A stretch of 64,000 nt of DNA from Collinsella sp. (GCA_019424945.1 JAHYYN010000100.1:8910-72909), one strand, 5' to 3'. Positions 50,075 through 60,645 are shown, numbered from the stretch's first letter. Program-made: numbers and translations. The notes: a model not told the origin generated them from the letters alone.

Positions 50075-50785
50075 ATGAACGTAGCGATAATACTAGCCGG
50101 CGGCCGCGGTACCCGGGTGGGCGCCGACGTGCCCAAGCAGTTCATAGAGGTCCTGGGGCGCCCCGTGCTGTCCTACACAATCGAGAGGTTCCAGAACCAC
50201 CCCGAGGTGGACGCGATAGAGGTGGTCTGCCGCAAGGGCTACGAGGACGAACTGCGCGCCATCTGCGACGCCGGCGGCTTCGACAAGGTCCGCTGGGTGG
50301 CCGAGGGCGGCAGGGAGTTCCAGGACTCCGTCATCAGCGGCCTCAGGAACCTCGAGGGCGAGATCTCCGACGACGACCAGGTGCTCGTCCACTACGGCGC
50401 CAGCCCGTTCGTGTCCGACGAGGTCATCTCCGACGCGATACGCGTATGCGGACTGCACGGCAACGCCAGCCCCGCGCACAGCCAGGTGTACCTGGCCGCG
50501 ACCCCGGGCGACGGCGAGGGAACGAGCGAGTTCGTGGACCGCGACGAGGTCATGTGCCTGAACTCCCCGCAGGCGCTGCGCTACGGATACGCCAAGTGGG
50601 TCTACGAGGAGGGTGCCCGCCGCGGTCTTCTGGACAAGGTGGAGCCGCACACCACGAGTCTGATGTTCGCGATGGGGGAGCGCATATGGTTCTCCAAGGG
50701 CTCGACCGCGAACATCAAGATCACGACGGCCGAGGATCTGAGGTTGTTCAAAGGATGGATTCTGGCTGCGGATGATCTGGAGTGA
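50075..50785 (+). CDS. IspD/TarI family cytidylyltransferase
   Basis: IILAGGRGTR....PKQF, SPQA, NIKITT.EDL. Confidence 0.9.
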   Translation: MNVAIILAGGRGTRVGADVPKQFIEVLGRPVLSYTIERFQNHPEVDAIEVVCRKGYEDELRAICDAGGFDKVRWVAEGGREFQDSVISGLRNLEGEISDDDQVLVHYGASPFVSDEVISDAIRVCGLHGNASPAHSQVYLAATPGDGEGTSEFVDRDEVMCLNSPQALRYGYAKWVYEEGARRGLLDKVEPHTTSLMFAMGERIWFSKGSTANIKITTAEDLRLFKGWILAADDLE

Positions 50786-50895
50786 TTCCCTTCCTTGCCC
50801 GTCTTGGCCAGTATGTGCAGATTTTATTGAGCGTACGATTTCAATGGGTTTTCTTGAAGCTTTAAAATTCATGACCTTAAAACAAAGGAGTAAGT

Positions 50896-51956
50896 GTGTA
50901 CTACGTTAACGAGAGGCTCGTGAACTTCATCGCATCTTTGACCAGAACAAGCGCGAGGGTTACCTCAGACTTGATCTGAACGAGAACCCCGAGGGACTAT
51001 CTCAAAAGTTCATCGACGGGGTTCTTTCGGGGGTGACGCCTGAAATGGTAGCCCAGTACCCGGAGACACTTGAGTTTACTGAATTCCTTGCTGGAAGACT
51101 TGGTACGGACATCGAGCATCTGTCGCTTGTTAACGGGTCTTCCGAGGGCATTCGCAACATCATTGAGGCCTTCACTGCACCTAGCGGCGAGATCGTTTGT
51201 GTATCGCCCTCTTATGCGATGTTCGAAGTGTATTCGAAGATGTATGGGCGCAATTTTGTGCCGGTTCCTTACAGGGATGACCTAACCATCACGGTTGATG
51301 ATGTGATTTCCAAAATCAGCGATGACACGCAGCTGCTAATTCTTGTTAATCCGAATAACCCCATGGGCAATGCTTGGAGCGAGACCGAGATGACGCGCTT
51401 TTTCGAGGAAGCGGAACGCCGTCAGATTACCGTCCTCGTTGACGAGGCATACCATTATTTCTGCCCCGAGACTTCCATTAATTACGCCCTTACCCATGAA
51501 CATGTATTTGTAACTCGTACTTTCTCGAAGCTATTCTCGCTTGCTGGAGCTCGTTTAGGCTATGTAGCAGGATGGCCTGAGGGAGTTGCCCTCGTACAGA
51601 AGCTGAATACTCCCCACAATGTAAATATGTTTGCCATGCTCTTCGCAAAGAAAATCATGGAAACCGAAGGCATGCTCGATTCCATGATCGAGAATCAGCT
51701 CGCCGGCAAACAGTGGCTCGTCGAGCAACTTGACAGTAATGGCCATGAATATCGAAGCAGCGAAGGCATTTTTATGTTCATTAAGCCGTTTGGCGATGCT
51801 TCTGAAATCGTTCGCCGTATGAAGGCCGAGAAGGGCATCCTCATTAAAGAGTATGACGGTATTGGCGCTTTCGGCAGCTGTCTGAGGGTTACCACTGGTC
51901 CTAAGCTTTCGATGGAGCGATTTATGGAAGCGCTGATTGAGCTGGATAAGGCCTAA
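50896..51956 (+). pseudogene. PLP class I/II aminotransferase (HisC-like), frameshifted near 50910-50930
   Basis: AAAGGAG + GTG MYYVNERLVN in one frame; HRIFDQNKREGYLRLDLNENP..., NPNNP, DEAY, RTFSK in another. Confidence 0.75.
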
Positions 51957-51958
51957 AC

Positions 51959-53341
51959 ATGACTAAGGTCATAACCTACGGCACCTACGACCATCTCCAT
52001 CGCGGGCATGTCCGCCTGTTGGAGCGCGCCAAGGCCCTGGGCGACTATCTAATTGTTGGCGTTACGTCGGATGACTTTGACAAGCAACGCGGCAAGATTA
52101 ACGTTCAACAATCGCTTGAAGAGCGTATTGCAGCAGTGCGTTCAACCGGGCTTGCGGACAAGATTGTCGTCGAAGAGTACGAAGGCCAGAAAATCGACGA
52201 CATCAAGCGCTATGGAGTCGATATCTTTACTGTGGGATCGGATTGGGAGGGCCAATTCGATTATCTGAATGAGTACTGCAAGGTTGTGTACCTCGAGCGC
52301 ACCAGTGGTGTCTCTTCTACGGAAATCCGAAGTTCGGTTAAACTTCGCTGCGGTTTAGTTGGATATACCGACTATATGAATCGCGTTTTTGCTGAATGCG
52401 GTTTGGTAAATGGTCTCGAGGTTGCCGGCATTTGTGTTGAAGATCGCAGCTTGCTAGATGAAGGTCCACTCGGAGCTGAGCTTGTAACGGATGAATACGA
52501 TAAGTTACTGGATGCAGTCGATATTGTATATATTCACTCGCATCCTGATCGACATTACGATCAGGTGAAGCGAGCCTTAAATGCCGACAAGCATGTGATG
52601 TGCGAAGCGCCTATCGCAAAGAGCGCTAAGGAATGCAGTGAGCTTTTCGCATTAGCCGACGAGCGAGGCCTTGTGCTGATGGACTCGCTGCGCACGGCAT
52701 ACTCAACTGCCTACGCACGCATGCTGTTGTTGGTCACCGGTGGACGTATTGGCGAGGTCGTTTCGGTCGATGCCACTATAACCAATCTTAAGACCAATCG
52801 CGCTCCTTTTGATACGCGTCGCGACACTGCTTGGAGCAGCATGACGGCATGGGGGCCGACGGCCTTATTGCCAATCTTCCAGATACTAGGTACTAAACCC
52901 AACTCGGTGCGCATTTCGTCCTTGTGCGAGAAACACGACAAGACTTTCGATGAGTTCTCGAGGCTTGACGTTGAGTTTCCAAACGCCGTGGCAACAGCAA
53001 AGGTCGGCTCAGGCGCTAAGTCTGAGGGCAGTCTAGTTGTATCGGGCACAAAGGGCTACATATATGTTCCTGCGCCCTGGTGGAAGACTGATTATTTCGA
53101 AATCCGTTACGAGAACCCAGCCGATAACAGACGTTATTTCTATCAGCTAGACGGGGAAGGTATTCGCTTTGAATGGGTTTCTTTCCTAAGAATGATCGCC
53201 GATGTCGAAAAGGGAATCACAGGTGAAGAGGCACTTCGCCGCGAAGGCGGCATTGATCGCGATATCACCAAAGCCACCTGTGAAGTTATAGGCGCATTCG
53301 AACGCGGCGAGAGCGTAAAGTACTTAGAGTTTGTAAGGTAA
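51959..53341 (+). CDS. TagD-like cytidylyltransferase fused to Gfo/Idh/MocA oxidoreductase
   Basis: YGTYD.LH.GH, GSDW, RT.GVSST; then H.D.H, HVMCE.P oxidoreductase motifs. Confidence 0.88.
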   Translation: MTKVITYGTYDHLHRGHVRLLERAKALGDYLIVGVTSDDFDKQRGKINVQQSLEERIAAVRSTGLADKIVVEEYEGQKIDDIKRYGVDIFTVGSDWEGQFDYLNEYCKVVYLERTSGVSSTEIRSSVKLRCGLVGYTDYMNRVFAECGLVNGLEVAGICVEDRSLLDEGPLGAELVTDEYDKLLDAVDIVYIHSHPDRHYDQVKRALNADKHVMCEAPIAKSAKECSELFALADERGLVLMDSLRTAYSTAYARMLLLVTGGRIGEVVSVDATITNLKTNRAPFDTRRDTAWSSMTAWGPTALLPIFQILGTKPNSVRISSLCEKHDKTFDEFSRLDVEFPNAVATAKVGSGAKSEGSLVVSGTKGYIYVPAPWWKTDYFEIRYENPADNRRYFYQLDGEGIRFEWVSFLRMIADVEKGITGEEALRREGGIDRDITKATCEVIGAFERGESVKYLEFVR

Positions 53342-53619
53342 TCAGGGCTTCAGCTTTTCAGCTGACAAAATTTCGCTGCGTGCTATGTATTCCCCTGGGA
53401 CGTTCAATAATGTCTGGTGAGAGCGTGCAGAATCTTTGGCGAAAACTCAATTTTAGCTGTTTAAATAATCATCAGGAATGAGTGCGCTGGTTAAATGTAA
53501 TGCGCTCCTTCCTCTATATAAAGCAATTTGCAGCCACTCCATAAGCTAAGACGCTTCTGATTAATTCTCGGTCGCGAGTGCCTACTGTCTTACGATTAAT
53601 CAAACCACATTATTCCTCA

Positions 53620-53844
53620 CGCGAGCTCCATCTAGGGCGCCATGAAGTGCGTGAAGGCCAAGGGCGTGCCCGTGGTGGTCTACGGGCCCACGCTGGGCGT
53701 GCCGGAGTTCTTCGGCTCCGAGGTGACCACGGCCTTGAGTCCTTCAAGGCCGGCTGCAATGCGATCGTCGCCAACCGCAGGAGCGACGAGCTCGCAGATG
53801 TTTCAGAAATGGTTTATACAAGGGACTTATTTAAACGCGATTAG
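53620..53844 (+). pseudogene. ugd: UDP-glucose 6-dehydrogenase C-terminal remnant (copy 1)
   Basis: Broken [17 protein letters not shown]...FKAGC.AIVANR...YTRDLFKRD. Confidence 0.8.
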
Positions 53845-53857
53845 CTGAAAGGAGATA

Positions 53858-55012
53858 ATTGAAAAGAATATTCATTTCAAAAATGATGGCCGCCTGAAGC
53901 TGCTGATCGTCGTGGGCACCCGCCCCGAGGTCATCCGCCTGTCCGAGGTCATCAAGAAGTGCCGCCGCCACTTCGACTGCCTGCTGGCGCACACCGGGTA
54001 GAACTACGACTACACGCTCAACGGCATCTTCTTCCGCGACTTGTCGCTGGACGCCGTGGGCGCCGACCTGGGCGAGACCGTGGGCAACATCATCGCCGCG
54101 AGCTATAAGCTCATGGTTGAGGTGAAGCCCGACGCGCTTCTCATCCTGGGCGACACCAACAGCTGCCTTTCCGCCATCGCGGCCAAGAGGCTCCACATCC
54201 CCATCTTCCACATGGAGGCGGGCAACCGCTGCAAGGACGAGTGCCTGCCCGAGGAGACCAACCGACGCATCGTCGACGTGATCTCCGACGTCGACCTTGC
54301 CTACTCCGAGCACGCACGCCGCTACCTCAAGGACACCGGCTGCGCACCCGAGCGCACCTACGTCACGGGCTCGCCCATGGCTGAGGTGTTGCGCGCCAAC
54401 CTTGATAAAATCGAGGCGTCCGATATCCTCTCCGAGCTCGGACTGGAGCCCAGGCGCTACATGTTGCTGTCGGCACACCGCGAGGAGGACATCGACACCG
54501 AGGCGAACTTCACGAGCCTGTTCACCGCGGTCAACGCGCTGGCCGAGAAATACGACATGCCGATCCTGTACTCCTGCCACCCGCGCTCCCGCAAGCGCCT
54601 GGAGGCCACCGGCTTCCAGCTGGACCCGCGCGTGCGCATGCACGAGCCCATGGGGTTCCACGACTACAACTGCCTGCAGATGAACGCCTTCGCGGTGGTC
54701 TCCGACTCCGGCACCCTGCCCGAGGAGTCCAGCTTCTTCGCGAGCGTCGGCCGCCCGTTCCCGGCGGTGTGCATCCGTACCTCCACCGAGCGCCCGGAGG
54801 CGCTGGACAAGGCGTGCTTCACGCTTGCAGGCATCTCCGAGAGGGGCCTTCTGCAAGCTGTCCATACGGCCGTCGAGCTCGACGCGGAGGGGTCGCTCCC
54901 CGAGGCGCCCGTTCCCGACTACGCCGACGAGACCGTGTCCACCAAGGTGGTTAAGATCATCCAGAGCTACACCGGCGTTGTGGACAAGATGGTGTGGAGG
55001 AAAAGCTTATAG
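53858..55012 (+). pseudogene. UDP-GlcNAc 2-epimerase (FnlC/Cap5G-like), inactivated
   Basis: GTRPE...HTG*NYD (in-frame TAG at 53999), ATT where a start is expected after AAAGGAG, HMEAGNR, SDSGTLPEE. Confidence 0.85.
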
Positions 55013-55088
55013 AACAGCCGACATTTGGTGCGGCATATGTAACCTGCCTGGTTTTCTTCCAGTGTTAACAAGCTATATATAATTGTTT

Positions 55089-55130
55089 AATTGACCTCTT
55101 GTAGTCTTTCTGTTCTACAAGAGGTCAATT
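55089..55130. repeat. Perfect 16-bp inverted repeat
   Basis: AATTGACCTCTTGTAG-10 bp-CTACAAGAGGTCAATT upstream of low-GC gene. Confidence 0.85.
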
Positions 55131-55158
55131 TGATTATCGTCCGGAAGGGATTTGGAAT

Positions 55159-56034
55159 ATGGACGAGAAACCTTTACCTGTAACAGATTCGGTATTTTTC
55201 CCATACTATGTAAACCAAAATAGACTGTTGGATATTTACGCAATTCTAAATAGGGGCTTTTCTGAATACGAAGAGATTAAAGAAGAATCGTCTTCAGGAA
55301 AATCTTCCTCAAAAAGAGGGGGCGCTGGAGTTGGTTTTAAGATTTTTAAACTTGGGATAACAGCCGAAGCGGAGCTTAATAAGAATTCTGGAAATTCGAG
55401 TTCTAAGGAATCAAAGTTGGTCCAGACCACAACTTCAATGTTGAGCATGGTGGTCGAGCAGCTGTCCCAACATAAGTTCTTAAAAGAGATTTTGATGTCT
55501 CAACCTGGAGACTATGTCTGCATTCCGGTCAATCTTAAGATCAATTCCATTAAAGGTCTCGTTGATGAAGCGATTGAAATAACTGAGCTCAGCCAAAAAA
55601 TGCAAGAGGTAGGCGGGACTAAGCTCAAGGGATCAAACAATGCTAATTCAGCTTCATTGAAAAAAATCGGAGCTGTCACCAAAGAGTTATTTTCCGCAGA
55701 AGAGATAGTTTCGGAAAACGAAGCTTATGCCGTAATTGGTACGATAACCGACCAAAATCTATATCAAGCTATTCGGCAGGATATTATAGATATTGATCTG
55801 ACCTGTTTGGCACAAATCAAACGAGTGTTTCCAGACGGAACCCAATTAATGAAAAATACTGTATTTACCAAAATAATGGACACCGCCAGCAAAGAGGCGC
55901 TTATAAAGTCAGTGGCAGCCTTAAATTCTGGACCACTTAAATGTGATTCAGTGGCGATAATGGAGATTAGTGGCAAGCCTGTTTATCAACTTGAAGTTGT
56001 TGCGCTTTACCAAGAATCGCATCCATCGGTATAG
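55159..56034 (+). CDS. Low-GC hypothetical protein (DUF6414-like)
   Basis: YVNQ.RLLDIYA.L..G, Ser/Gly/Lys-rich segment, ends VVALYQ; AT-rich codons; family recalled by eye. Confidence 0.7.
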   Translation: MDEKPLPVTDSVFFPYYVNQNRLLDIYAILNRGFSEYEEIKEESSSGKSSSKRGGAGVGFKIFKLGITAEAELNKNSGNSSSKESKLVQTTTSMLSMVVEQLSQHKFLKEILMSQPGDYVCIPVNLKINSIKGLVDEAIEITELSQKMQEVGGTKLKGSNNANSASLKKIGAVTKELFSAEEIVSENEAYAVIGTITDQNLYQAIRQDIIDIDLTCLAQIKRVFPDGTQLMKNTVFTKIMDTASKEALIKSVAALNSGPLKCDSVAIMEISGKPVYQLEVVALYQESHPSV

Positions 56035-56085
56035 CCGCACAACTCGAATAGCTAGTTGAGAGCAAGGCTATATTTAACTCTAATA

Positions 56086-56708
56086 TGAGTATTTGCTCGC
56101 TTGAGCACTGCTGAATATCGCGAAACGGCACCGCCGATATCGCGCCTGGGCACCGGGGCCGACACTGCCCCCGGTGCCTTTTTATTGCTATCGGCCTATC
56201 CGCGGCGCTGCCGCATGTTGGTCTCGCCCATGTCGACCCAGACCGCGTTGTGCACGATCCTGTCCATGATGGCGTCGGCATGCACCCCGCCACCGAGCCT
56301 CGGGTGCCAGTCCTTCTTCTTGAGCTGCGTGCAGAAGACGGTCGAGGCGGTGCCGTACCTCAGCTCCATCAGCTCCAGCAGCATCGACCTGAACTATGTG
56401 TCCGGCTTGTCCAGCAGCCACTCGCCCCCTCGTGGCCACCAGTACGTTCTGGACACTGTGCTTCGAGACGCGGGCGGTGCGGGCGATCGCGTTCTGCGGC
56501 AGACCGTTCACCGACCTCAGCCTCAGGACCTCCCTGGTCCTATCCTTCTCGCCATTTGGAACCTCCTCGTTCTCTGGACTGCATGGCAGCCCGAGCGTAA
56601 CGGGGATGGCCGGGGACGTTTATTGGCGGTGCCGAACGGCAATATTCGGCTGGGTGGACGGCGGTGCCGATGCGCAATATAGGTGGTGTCGAAAGGGCCT
56701 AGGACTCA
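56086..56708 (-). mobile_element. Internally deleted IS21-family element (623 bp) with 6-bp target duplication CTAATA
   Basis: TGAGT...ACTCA ends, repeated CGGCACCGCC subterminal boxes, istA 5' remnant ([14 protein letters not shown]) joined to istB 3' remnant (ADAIMDRIVHN). Confidence 0.88.
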
Positions 56709-56751
56709 CTAATAATCTCAAGCATGCCGGCAAGCCGAAGCCAGTCGCGGA

Positions 56752-57019
56752 CGTCAACCGCCTGACGACGAAGTCCAACTCCGACAACTTCCGCGCTAGC
56801 TCCATCCAGGGCGTCATGAAACGCGTGAAGGCCAAGGGCGTGCCCGTGGTGGTCTACGAGCCCACGCTGGACGCGCCGGAGTTCTTCGGCTCCGAGGTGA
56901 CCCACGACCTGGAGGCCTTCAAGGCCGGCTGCGACGTGATCGTGGCCAACCGCTGGAGCGACGAGCTCGCGGACGTTGCGGACAAGGTGTACACGAGGGA
57001 TCTGTTTAAGAGGGACTAG
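56752..57019 (+). pseudogene. ugd: UDP-glucose 6-dehydrogenase C-terminal remnant (copy 2)
   Basis: [25 protein letters not shown]...YTRDLFKRD*; no 5' part. Confidence 0.85.
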
Positions 57020-57070
57020 GGGAGAGGTGTACTCCCAGGATCTGGTGATATACAAAAATCGAATCTAGAG

Positions 57071-57107
57071 GGAGGCCGTATCAGCGTTGGCTGATACGGC
57101 CTCCTTT
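57071..57107 (+). terminator. Terminator after ugd remnant
   Basis: GGAGGCCGTATCAGC-GTTG-GCTGATACGGCCTCC-TTT. Confidence 0.8.
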
Positions 57108-57228
57108 GATGTAACTCTGTTCCTAAAAACAAAACATGTGTTCGATTTGAAACTACATGAAGGAAGATCAATGCAGAATGCAAGCTACAATAGCAAACGA
57201 GTATTGGACTCGAGTCTAGCGGAGGATT

Positions 57229-59445
57229 ATGGCGTTCCAAGATATCCTTGCTGCGATTGATATCGTCACGGGGCCTGACCCGGCCCATTCTATCCTGGCG
57301 TTTTCGATTGTCGTCGGGCTGTTTTTGCTGTGGTTGCGTAAGCAGGCTTTGGCGCGGTTTTACAAGGCCGGTATCTATGTTGCAGCACTGGCGTCCGATG
57401 CATTGTTTGCATCGGTAAAGCTTAGCCTTTTATGGTTGGCGGGTGTGGCATCGCCCTTTCTCGCGTTGAGTCTGTTCGCTCTTCTCGTCAACTATTTTTG
57501 GTGTGCGCAGCAGCTCGATGACATAGTGGACAAGGCGGATCCCTCTCTTCCCGAATGCGACTATGTAGCTGCCTTCAGGCTGATGAACTCGGTTGACCGT
57601 GATCGACTGTCCAGAATGCAGCTCACCTGCCTCGACAAGGATAGGATTTTCTGCAACATCTACTTGGGAAACAACGGCGTTGCGAAAAGAATGCTTGAGA
57701 ACGAAAACTTAGAGCCGGCTTTCAGGCATTTCGCCCTCCATATTATCGCGGACGCCGCTTGCGATCGTGCTGGGTCGCAAGCGGAGCTCGAAAGCGCCTT
57801 GGCCGAGAAAACCGACAAGACAGACCCTTTCATCACGGTCCAGCTTTGGCACAACCGCGCGATTAGCTATGTCGTGAACGGTCAGTTCAAAGTCGCCGAC
57901 GACGAGTTCAAGAAGACGTATCGCGAAGCTAAGCGTCTGGGCGTTCGGAATAAGTCGTTCCTCTTGCTGCTGTTTGAGAACGCAGCATTGAATAAAACGA
58001 AAATCGGCTTGCCTGATGGCGGCGTTAAAGAAGGGTGGGGGTTGATTGAGGAATGCGAAAAGGCGCTTGCTCCGATTGGCCCCAACGATTTTGGGCAGCT
58101 CTTCAATCTGCGGCTTCTTTTCATGAGGCAGATAGGGACAAGTATCGAGGACAGGAACAAGCTGTATTTGGTCGAGGTCAAAAACACCCTCAGCAATGCC
58201 TCCCTTTCCGAGCAACAGCGCGTCGTCGCTATGGCGAGCCTGGGCAGAATCGCGTGGTCCGACGGGCTCGATCCCGCACCCGTGCTCAATTTCTTCGCTC
58301 GATGCGATCGGTTTTTGTGCGTAAGCGACCCCGATGCACGCTACTATGCCCATAAGAACCTGAGTGCGATGCTTTCGGGCTTGGCAGTGAATGACCGCTT
58401 CCCAAATACTTTGGCTGAGAGCGTAATGCGGTATTTCAAGGATGGGGACGCGGAGCATGACTTGGATGTGATGGAGGATGGCCTTCCTCCCGAGGCGATT
58501 CTGCGGCGCTCCCAAGTGCTGCGAGAACGCGCTGCCCTAGCCTTAATGGTTGGAGAGAGCGTTGAGCGCGCCGTGTCGTACACTGATGAGGCTATAGGCC
58601 TCCTTGAGAGAAGCCTGCAGGTTATGGCGGCGCTCGAGTGTCGATGGCAGCTTGCCCGGCTGACACTGTACGACAAACCCGAGGTGGCGAAATTGCAGCT
58701 CTCGATTGCCGAAGAGCGCCTCGCCGCGCTCAATAAGCAACCGTCCCTCGGATATCCCTATTTCGAGATGAGCCTGTGCTACGCCTTGCTTGGTATGCGT
58801 GCGGAGTGCAGGGTCGCATATGAAAGGGCCGCCGGCTTCGAGACTCCGATGGGCCATTACGCGCCCGGCATTCGGATTAACAGGACCGCCGCCGCCTTCT
58901 GTGCCAGGTTCTACATACTTACGGAAATGCTTGGAAATCCCGAAGAGGTTTGCCCCTTGCTTAAAACTCGAGAGGGCAGGGCGTGGCTGTCTCGCTATCC
59001 GAAGGTCTCTTCCCTGTCGAAAACGCTTCTTTGCGGGAAATTTCTTGGGTATGGGGATTTCGTGCCCGCTATGACGAGGCTATTCTTGGATGAGGCGGGG
59101 AAGCTATATGCCGAAACATGGCTCGTTGTCCAAGAGATCGGACTCGCGTTTGATCTCGATTCCAGAAAGCCCGGCGAAGAGTATGGGCTGGTTTTCGAAA
59201 TCCAAAGGCACCCACTGATTGCCGATGGCGATGCCCTTGCAAGGGTGGCCGCGCGGCGCGGGCATACTGTGCTCGATGCGAGGTTGAACCAGTGCAACAA
59301 AGACCTTCTCGGGGCCGATGACGCAACCGCCGTATTCGATGTGCTGGATGCCTTGGGCATATTGGCCGAAGGGCGCGTGCCCACATTGGAAGACATCATG
59401 AAGAGCTACCTTGAAAGCTGTGTCGACGTTCCCGCCGGCGGTTGA
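57229..59445 (+). CDS. Hypothetical 738-aa protein, N-terminal TM helices, TPR-like helical body
   Basis: Long ORF with GGAGG RBS; hydrophobic residues ~20-90; Ala/Leu/Glu helical periodicity. Confidence 0.75.
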   Translation: MAFQDILAAIDIVTGPDPAHSILAFSIVVGLFLLWLRKQALARFYKAGIYVAALASDALFASVKLSLLWLAGVASPFLALSLFALLVNYFWCAQQLDDIVDKADPSLPECDYVAAFRLMNSVDRDRLSRMQLTCLDKDRIFCNIYLGNNGVAKRMLENENLEPAFRHFALHIIADAACDRAGSQAELESALAEKTDKTDPFITVQLWHNRAISYVVNGQFKVADDEFKKTYREAKRLGVRNKSFLLLLFENAALNKTKIGLPDGGVKEGWGLIEECEKALAPIGPNDFGQLFNLRLLFMRQIGTSIEDRNKLYLVEVKNTLSNASLSEQQRVVAMASLGRIAWSDGLDPAPVLNFFARCDRFLCVSDPDARYYAHKNLSAMLSGLAVNDRFPNTLAESVMRYFKDGDAEHDLDVMEDGLPPEAILRRSQVLRERAALALMVGESVERAVSYTDEAIGLLERSLQVMAALECRWQLARLTLYDKPEVAKLQLSIAEERLAALNKQPSLGYPYFEMSLCYALLGMRAECRVAYERAAGFETPMGHYAPGIRINRTAAAFCARFYILTEMLGNPEEVCPLLKTREGRAWLSRYPKVSSLSKTLLCGKFLGYGDFVPAMTRLFLDEAGKLYAETWLVVQEIGLAFDLDSRKPGEEYGLVFEIQRHPLIADGDALARVAARRGHTVLDARLNQCNKDLLGADDATAVFDVLDALGILAEGRVPTLEDIMKSYLESCVDVPAGG

Positions 59446-59553
59446 GACGCCTCTGCCGAGGGGTAGCTTCGTCCTGCCGCGCTTCACAAAACGTTTCACA
59501 AAGTTCTCTTCGCTGGCCTAGTTTTCAACACGTAGCGCTGTAATGGCCCTGCC

Positions 59554-59935
59554 TGATTTATCCATCTAGCCCCTTGGAACTGCGGAGGAAATCCTGGACC
59601 AAAAGAGGACCGGCAGGATCATACGGATTTACAGCGCAGAACAAAAGGCGAAAGCCATCGAGACGTTCGCCGGTTTCGGATGCAGCACGGCCGACACCAT
59701 AGCAGAGCTCGGCTAACCCAGCCGTGTCACACCCCACAACCGGCGGAAGGAATACCAGCTCGGCGGCGATGAGTTCCTGGAAGGGGAGCATCGCAGGCCG
59801 AGGTATTCCGATGAGGAGAAGCGGAATGCGGTCGATCACTACTCGGGGCACGGGAAAAGTCTGGCGCGCACGATAGGGGCCATGGGATACCCGAGCCGCA
59901 AGGTGCTCTCCAGCTGGGTTGATGAGCGCACCCTG
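59554..59935 (+). mobile_element. IS3-family remnant (OrfA HTH fragments)
   Basis: YSAEQKAKAIETF...TIAELG and RYSDEEKRNAVDHY...RTIGAMGYPSR.VL..W, broken frames. Confidence 0.7.
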
Positions 59936-59959
59936 GTAATCTGCGCTGTGTGCGAGAAG

Positions 59960-60640
59960 GAGTGATATGGAGGTTACGCAGACGACTCCTTCAACACCCC
60001 GCTCGCGCAACGAGCGCAGAAACGTCAACCATCCGGCATAGGACTCCGTGTCAACGGCATCGAGCCCGAGCGATCGTCACCGCCATCTAAGCAGGCGCCG
60101 ATGGCGGTGACGATCGCGCACGAGGAGGCGTGGCCCGGATCTCTGCATTTAATGCGGATCGCATCGTGCCAGACGTAGGGAAAGGCCGTATCAGAGAGGC
60201 CCCTGGTCTGCATGTCCTCAACGATCGCGTCGGACAACTCGCAGATCCTCGACACTTGGCTCGCGCTCATGCGGTCCACCTCGAGGGCAGAGGCGAGCCA
60301 TATCCTGCGCGCGGTGTGGCGATGCTTACGCCACTGCCTCGAGCCCTCGTCTAGCCGTGCGCAAAACACACCCCGGTAGGCGTTGAGCAACCTGTCGCCC
60401 CGCCTGCGCACCAGGATGGGTGGCGTGAGGTCGGGCTCTTCAGCTTGGTGTACACCGTGTTACGCGACACGCCCGTTTTTCAGGCATTCTCGGATATCGA
60501 GTCGACCCGCTTCCTCATCAGCCGTATAGAATGAACCGTGGACATGCTGATCACACCTTTCCGACCTCCCTGGTTGATATTTCTAGGCAGCAACCAAGGT
60601 AGTCGATTGTGATGGTTGGCGTGCCTGCCTTTGTGCCCTA
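59960..60640 (-). mobile_element. IS256-family transposase remnant
   Basis: FPYVWHDA...KCR...AIVTAIG and FLRSLRERGVEGV.CVTS; IS256-like end GGGCGTGTC...GTGTAC near 60448-60474. Confidence 0.75.
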
Positions 60641-60645
60641 AATGG

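Noticed and set aside
53999..54001. Amber readthrough/recoding in the second epimerase
   Set aside because: The gene also has a lost start codon and an apparent short deletion, so ordinary pseudogenisation is simpler
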